Positions 46,956-52,245 of a DNA stretch of 52,245 nucleotides are shown piece by piece. The DNA is from Candidatus Amesbacteria bacterium RIFCSPLOWO2_01_FULL_49_25. Its GTDB lineage: Bacteria > Patescibacteriota > Microgenomatia > CAZETR01 > Amesbacteraceae. Every line of letters starts with the position of its first letter. Positions within the stretch are counted from its first letter, which is position 1. A model generated the notes under the pieces. The model saw only the letters and a list, made by a program, of their open reading frames with translations. It was not told the DNA's origin and did no database searches. The position numbers were made by a program, and so were the translations under genes. Location of the stretch: the NCBI GenBank assembly GCA_001773725.1, contig MEXP01000001.1, positions 1 to 52,245 on the forward strand, given 5' to 3'.

Positions 46956-47003
46956 CCACTATATTTAGTGGCGACAACTAGCCTATCCCACTAAATAACT
47001 ATC
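46956..47003. promoter_or_regulatory. NrdR box(es)
   Basis: Palindromic CCACTATATTTAGTGG (46956-46971) and a partial copy CCACTAAATA 32 bp away, upstream of nrdR-nrdJ. Confidence 0.7.
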
Positions 47004-47033
47004 GTCAACTATTAACTAGTACATCAAAAACTA

Positions 47034-47669
47034 TCACTCCAACTCCAACACCACTTGCCCCATCTTCTCATGTAGAGCCGATGTTAATGCTTCAGTGCCG
47101 ACCGCCATATCTTTATTTGCCCCTGCCGATCTGGTCACAATTTCCCCCATCAATTCTTCGTGTTTCCCCGCCGCTTTCTCCAATTGCAAAAGCAAGCTCT
47201 TCACATCCAACCCTTCTTTGTTCAACATAACTGCTCTGTTTACAGCCTGCTCCAAATATTTCTCTCCCTTAGTCGCTGTCACCACTGCCAACTCCCCCTT
47301 TCCTCCTTCCAAAAGCGCCATCGCCGCCCCTATCCGTTTATCCGCCAAAAAAAGTTCCTTCTCAGCCTTTTTCCCTCTATCCCAAGTCATCCACAGTCCA
47401 ATCTTATCCCTCACTGCCTTCAGCTTATACAGTGGACTGTCGGGCAGTAGTCCCGGATATGGCAAATAGTACTCCACTATAGCCGACTCCGACGCGACAT
47501 TTGCATCCTGATGCGGCGATACCGCCAGCGGGTTAACCGCCGACAATACCGATAGCGCCAAAACCACGACTCCCACAGCCAAAGCCGCAGACATGCCCAA
47601 AACCATGTTTCGCGCGCTTCCCCACACCTGCCTCATAAACGATCTTTCAACAGAATTGGCTTCGCTCAT
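47034..47669 (-). CDS. DUF5667-like protein
   Basis: TM, then Y.LPYPGLLPDSPLY.LK, L..ADKR. Confidence 0.8.
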   Translation of the reverse strand: MSEANSVERSFMRQVWGSARNMVLGMSAALAVGVVVLALSVLSAVNPLAVSPHQDANVASESAIVEYYLPYPGLLPDSPLYKLKAVRDKIGLWMTWDRGKKAEKELFLADKRIGAAMALLEGGKGELAVVTATKGEKYLEQAVNRAVMLNKEGLDVKSLLLQLEKAAGKHEELMGEIVTRSAGANKDMAVGTEALTSALHEKMGQVVLELE

Positions 47670-47789
47670 TCTTTCACTCCCAAATTTTTTCGGGGCACCT
47701 TTAAGTATGCCACACTCTGTCAACTCCAACAATGCCGCATCACCGGCCCGGCACCCTCTTATCTGTACACGAATATTACCCGAAAATGA

Positions 47790-48272
47790 CTAAGCCAGCC
47801 TGCAACCCCTTAGTGCCTGCTCCATCACTCCCCCCAATTCATCTATTAACCGAGAGGCCTGCCCCAGCGAAATAAACTGATGATGATCCGGAAAAAAATG
47901 GAATATTTGATTTCTGGCCTTCTTCCACACCCCCCACAAGGTCAATGGCAGATCCTCACTCCCGCAATAATCCACCAACTTTCCATACACCCACCCCGAT
48001 CTATACCGCTTTGGTAAATTTGGATTCAGAGCCCGCCCAATTCTAAAGTGCTCGCCAAAATATTGTTGTCTGCTAATCAACTTCAAATCCAAAAACAGCT
48101 TTTTCAAAAACCCCTCATACGCCTTGGCCATGGGAAATACCACAAATGAGTAGTCATGCCATCCATCCCGACTCCCCCTCTCCCGCTCCAAAAGTAAAAA
48201 GCTTTCCTTCACCAAATCCTGCATCGGCTCCTCCAAATACTTCCACCAGTTCGTCTCCCGATAACTTTCCAC
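47790..48272 (-). CDS. HEPN-domain protein (RNase LS-like)
   Basis: DYS..VFP..KAYEGFLK and an R-x4-H motif (RNQIFH). Confidence 0.65.
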   Translation of the reverse strand: MESYRETNWWKYLEEPMQDLVKESFLLLERERGSRDGWHDYSFVVFPMAKAYEGFLKKLFLDLKLISRQQYFGEHFRIGRALNPNLPKRYRSGWVYGKLVDYCGSEDLPLTLWGVWKKARNQIFHFFPDHHQFISLGQASRLIDELGGVMEQALRGCRLA

Positions 48273-48341
48273 CTCTCAAATATACACTATCTCATGTCTC
48301 CATACTGGACTATAGGATAGAAAGTGTGCTAAAATGCCCCC

Positions 48342-51053
48342 ATGTCAGCCGAAACTCCCCCTGTTCCCCAAAAATCCTATGGCCAATTGTACCGACTGAT
48401 CCACTCTGGTGAAACCAACCCCTTTGTAAAAGCCGACGCAGCCATACAGCTATCCAAACTCGGATTTACTGCCGCCACACTGGGCCTATATACACATGTT
48501 GTCCAAATCGTCGCCGAAGTCATTGATCCCTCGGCTCCCAACGACAACCTTACCAGAACCGAAACCGCTCAACAATTAAACACCCTCGCCAGAGGCCAAA
48601 ACAAAACCGGCGGCCTAACCGACAACCCACAACTTGCTGATTACGTCACCACAGAACTGCTAAGACTTGCAAACTCCCTCTTAGAACCACCCAAAAATGG
48701 CAGAAAGAGGAACGGAAATAACGGCAGCGGCATTCCCCCCGAAGACAACTTTACCGACCTTCAAGTCATGGTCCGTGAGTACCGTAAAACTCATACCCCC
48801 GCCTTCAACGACCACCAGGATCAGCTCGCGATCTTCCAAAACACCTCTGCCTGCGATGAAGATGTTCACGCCACTGCTTACCTCAACCTCTCGGCCTTAA
48901 AAGGCCTTACATCTTCGGCCCAAGAGTGGTTCTCCCACCACACCGGCCGCCTCAATGACTTCCTCAAAACCACCGCCGGCCAAAAACTCGCCGACAGGAT
49001 CAACGCCGACCTCAAAACCGCCACAACTGGCGGAAAAATCGGCCTCATCACCGGGTCCACTCTCATCAATCCCCTCCTTGGAGCCGGTATCGGTATGGGA
49101 TTCTACGGCTACGACGTCGCCCAGAAACTCCACCACGCCATCAAAGAAAAAGGCGCCACCAATACCACCGAGGCCTTAACCGCCCTAAAAGATGTGGCTG
49201 TAGAAAACTGGCGTTTTCTCTGGACCGGAGAATCCCAAAAAGATCGAGAAGCAAAGATACTGGGCATGATCGTTGGAATCAGTATGATCGCTGTTCCCAC
49301 ATTAATAGCCAAAGCCCTCCCGTCAGAAGAAATTCTGGGATCTTTAGGAGGCCAGACAGCTGAATCCGCCGCTAGAGCCCTCGCCACAACCGCCTTCACC
49401 AGACATATAGTCAAATCAGGAATAGAATATGCGCAAAAACAGGGCTACGAAAACCCCAAAAACTGGATCGACCAAGCCCTGAAAGCTGCTGCCATCGCGA
49501 CCGAAATCACCTCCGCCAGCCTCCTGGCCTACCACACCGGAGAATTGGCCACCGGTATTCTTAGCCATTTGCGGACAGCCGTCCAAGACACCCCCGACTC
49601 CTTCTCCAAATCAGTTTCCGACCACCGGGCCTCTCCTCAACTCGCCCAAGCTCCCGATATAGCCACTCCCCACCCCACTCCCACCGAAACTCCAACCGAA
49701 GCTTCTTCCCCCATATCCTCATCCCGCGATGTCCCGACACCCGCGTCACCTCCCACCAGAGAAACCAGTCCCACCCATACCCCATCCCCCACCCCCTCCC
49801 CCACCGAAATCCCCATCCCCACCCACACTCCCGATGCCGCAGCCGCCGCATCAGTCATCACCGACTCCCAAAACCCGCACGTCTACTACGACAGCCGCGA
49901 AGCCGCCGCTTCCGTCCCCGGTCATCCTCCGATTCCCGTCGCCCTGGATGTAGACCACAATGGAACAGTCGATCTCATCCGTCAAAGCCACGCCGCAAAT
50001 ACTGCCAGCGGTCACCAATTTGAATCCGGATGGATCGCCCTGTCTCACGATCCCGCCCGGGGACCTGACCACGATGTCCGCCTCACCAACCTCCACTATG
50101 ACTCCGGTTCCTCCTCCTGGAAATACGCCGCCATCACTTCTCCCGACGCCTCCCAGGAATTTACTTTGGATGATTCCGGCCACTGGAACGCCAAAACTCT
50201 CCCCTGGCAGCCAGGTCATGTTCCCACTCCCGCCCAAGTAGCCGATGGAGTTCAAACCGGCCAATATATCTCCGCAGGCCAAACCCGCTTCCTGGTCGAC
50301 CTGGATCACGACGGCCGGCCAGACGCCGTCACCGGGCCGGACAGTACTCTTCTCTTCCACACCACCACCGTCGGCGACCACAAGGTTTGGACCAATCCCA
50401 CCCAAGATTACGTCTTTACCGATTCCGACAACAATTTGCAAAACGGCTTTGATAAGGCCTATTCTCACGATGAATTCACCGCCCATCCAGACACCGCCCT
50501 TCCGGTTGCCGTAAATGTTGATTCAGACCCCGCTTGGGAAATGCAAAGATCCGGCAATCTTTGGTATGCCGATCTAAACAACGACGACACCATCGAGACC
50601 CCCGTCACCCTCACCCAGTCCGGACATTTCAATCACGTCACTACTTCAGACGGCACTTCTTACGTCCTCAATCCGGATACCGGCTCCTGGGAAATCGCCC
50701 CCTCCACCGAAAATCTCCTCGATCTTCTGGCCCAAAAAGATTCTCTCGGCCGCCCGGTTTATTACTTAAGCGAGAACGGCCCTCTCACTCTCGTTTATGG
50801 CTCTCAAGGCGGCCCCGTTGGCCTCACCCAACAGCTTTTCGCTCTCGGCCATCCCGGTTGGACCGGAAATGATGTTGGCCACGCCGGCTATCAATGGGGT
50901 ATTCGCCTGGTCGACCTTGTCCAACAACACGCCCATACCTCCCTCGTAGTTCGCCCGGGAGACTCCGTCGAGTCCCTTCTAACTAGATATAATGTTCCCA
51001 GCACTGAAACCGAAACTTTCCTTACCCAGCTTCACGCCGCCGCAGGCCATTAA
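48342..51053 (+). CDS. Large membrane/surface protein with Pro/Thr linker and DxDxDG-type loops
   Basis: 903 aa; hydrophobic segments, PT-rich linker, DVDHNG, DLDHDG, DLNNDD. Confidence 0.85.
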   Translation: MSAETPPVPQKSYGQLYRLIHSGETNPFVKADAAIQLSKLGFTAATLGLYTHVVQIVAEVIDPSAPNDNLTRTETAQQLNTLARGQNKTGGLTDNPQLADYVTTELLRLANSLLEPPKNGRKRNGNNGSGIPPEDNFTDLQVMVREYRKTHTPAFNDHQDQLAIFQNTSACDEDVHATAYLNLSALKGLTSSAQEWFSHHTGRLNDFLKTTAGQKLADRINADLKTATTGGKIGLITGSTLINPLLGAGIGMGFYGYDVAQKLHHAIKEKGATNTTEALTALKDVAVENWRFLWTGESQKDREAKILGMIVGISMIAVPTLIAKALPSEEILGSLGGQTAESAARALATTAFTRHIVKSGIEYAQKQGYENPKNWIDQALKAAAIATEITSASLLAYHTGELATGILSHLRTAVQDTPDSFSKSVSDHRASPQLAQAPDIATPHPTPTETPTEASSPISSSRDVPTPASPPTRETSPTHTPSPTPSPTEIPIPTHTPDAAAAASVITDSQNPHVYYDSREAAASVPGHPPIPVALDVDHNGTVDLIRQSHAANTASGHQFESGWIALSHDPARGPDHDVRLTNLHYDSGSSSWKYAAITSPDASQEFTLDDSGHWNAKTLPWQPGHVPTPAQVADGVQTGQYISAGQTRFLVDLDHDGRPDAVTGPDSTLLFHTTTVGDHKVWTNPTQDYVFTDSDNNLQNGFDKAYSHDEFTAHPDTALPVAVNVDSDPAWEMQRSGNLWYADLNNDDTIETPVTLTQSGHFNHVTTSDGTSYVLNPDTGSWEIAPSTENLLDLLAQKDSLGRPVYYLSENGPLTLVYGSQGGPVGLTQQLFALGHPGWTGNDVGHAGYQWGIRLVDLVQQHAHTSLVVRPGDSVESLLTRYNVPSTETETFLTQLHAAAGH

Positions 51054-51056
51054 AAT

Positions 51057-51386
51057 ATGGACCCGTCCTACACTGCCCAAATCCAAGCCGCCGCCCATCC
51101 CCTCGAGATAGCCGGCCTCACCCCCGACCAAGCTGCCCAACTCGTCCTCAGTTTATCTCCACTCATCGAGGTAGTTTTTGCGAATCGAGTCCGCAGCATA
51201 TTCACCGCAGACGAAATTAACAACCTCAATCAGCTTGGCCCTTCTCTTTCCCCCGCCGATTCCATCTCCCGTCTCGAAGACGAATATTACAAAAAAACCA
51301 ACCAGGGGTTTTTAGACCTCCACCGCCAGATAGTCGAAGAACTGGTTACTGCCCTCACTTCCAAATCCCAAACAGTCCCCCAATAG
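51057..51386 (+). CDS. Hypothetical helical protein
   Basis: Starts 3 bp after the large gene. Confidence 0.65.
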   Translation: MDPSYTAQIQAAAHPLEIAGLTPDQAAQLVLSLSPLIEVVFANRVRSIFTADEINNLNQLGPSLSPADSISRLEDEYYKKTNQGFLDLHRQIVEELVTALTSKSQTVPQ

Positions 51387-51603
51387 CCATTAGGACTCCC
51401 AAAGCCAGCCAGCCCAGCACAAAAAATACGATTATCTTCAATATCCAGTCCAGCACCTTCTCCTCTCCCGGATCCAGCTTATCTCCTTCAAGAGCATCTT
51501 TTTTTACCCCCATCGTATCCTGCACCACCGGCGTCACTCCCACCGGCTCCGGGCCAATCGGCGAAACTTTTCTTCTGACAGGCGCTTTTCTTCTGGCTGG
51601 CAT
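51355..51603 (-). CDS. Small protein with C-terminal TM
   Basis: MPARRK... start at 51603; basic N-terminus. Confidence 0.6.
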   Translation of the reverse strand: MPARRKAPVRRKVSPIGPEPVGVTPVVQDTMGVKKDALEGDKLDPGEEKVLDWILKIIVFFVLGWLALGVLMAIGGLFGIWK

Positions 51604-51649
51604 AACAAAACTCAATATACTACCCCAAAATGTATAATTCAAGACACTC

Positions 51650-52245
51650 ATGCCCAAAAAGAAAATATCAAGGCGTAAATCCCCAGCCGCAAAATCCAAG
51701 TTCCGAAAGTTGAAGCTTGGAAAACTGAGTCGTAGGCAAATCCACCGGAATTGGAAACTAATCTCCACAGCCCTTTCGCTCTGTTTCTTTATTGCTCTGT
51801 CTCTTTACTTCTTCTGGGATCTCCCCAACCCCAAAAATCTCACCAGCCGTCCCGCCCCAGCCTCCACCCGGCTCCTGGATCGCCATGGTGCTCTTATTTA
51901 TGAAATATTCGAAACCGAACGCCGCACCCCCGTCCGGCTCTCCACCCTTCCCAAACACCTCATCGACGCCACCCTTGCCGCCGAAGACAAAGATTTTTAT
52001 TCCCACTCCGGTTTCTCTCTTCGCGGCATCACCCGCGCTTTCCTCAATACTTTCTTCAAAAGAAACCTTCAGGGCGGCTCGACCATTACCCAACAGCTAG
52101 TCAAAAAAGCTCTCCTCTCAGACGAAAGAACCCTGCGCCGCAAAGTTCGCGAGTTCGCCCTCTCTAGTCTGGTGGAACTTCTCTATACCAAAGATGAGAT
52201 TTTAGAGCTCTATCTCAATCAGGTTCCCTACGGCGGCACTGCCTA
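51650..52245 (+). CDS. Class A penicillin-binding protein (transglycosylase), truncated by the window end
   Basis: AEDKDFYSH.G, QGGSTITQQLVK, RK.RE, K.EILELYLN..PYG. Confidence 0.93.
   Translation, partial: MPKKKISRRKSPAAKSKFRKLKLGKLSRRQIHRNWKLISTALSLCFFIALSLYFFWDLPNPKNLTSRPAPASTRLLDRHGALIYEIFETERRTPVRLSTLPKHLIDATLAAEDKDFYSHSGFSLRGITRAFLNTFFKRNLQGGSTITQQLVKKALLSDERTLRRKVREFALSSLVELLYTKDEILELYLNQVPYGGTA

Noticed and set aside
49660-49835. C-rich quasi-repeats in the large gene
   Set aside because: Explained by the Pro/Thr linker codons.

Overview
Chromosomal segment of a small-genome bacterium. Gene content and rRNA point to Patescibacteria/CPR, probably Microgenomates (inference), using genetic code 11. 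Most genes lie on the minus strand. The window holds a physically split rRNA locus: a 16S gene with a GIY-YIG insert, and a separately promoted tRNA-Ala plus 23S unit with two group I introns. Housekeeping genes include trxAB, pth, pcm, ATP-dependent ligase, recF, mutM, ftsH, trpS, a Xer-like recombinase, nrdR/nrdJ, pduO and a class A PBP, and there are several unusual tRNA loci. Four observations stand out. (1) A 23S L1931 group I intron has its G-binding pair swapped to C:G and ends in A, so it is a candidate natural adenosine-dependent self-splicing intron. (2) A complete tRNA-Ile sits inside the anticodon loop of a second tRNA-Ile. (3) A Trp T-box riboswitch that senses a G73 tRNA drives an atypical A73 tRNA(CCA) and an unknown 462-aa protein next to trpS. 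(4) An integron-like array of single-gene cassettes, each bounded by TTCTGATTTC-N8-CCCGCAACA, extends from the 3' end of a tRNA(CAT). All calls come from reading the sequence by eye; no database searches or folding programs were run.
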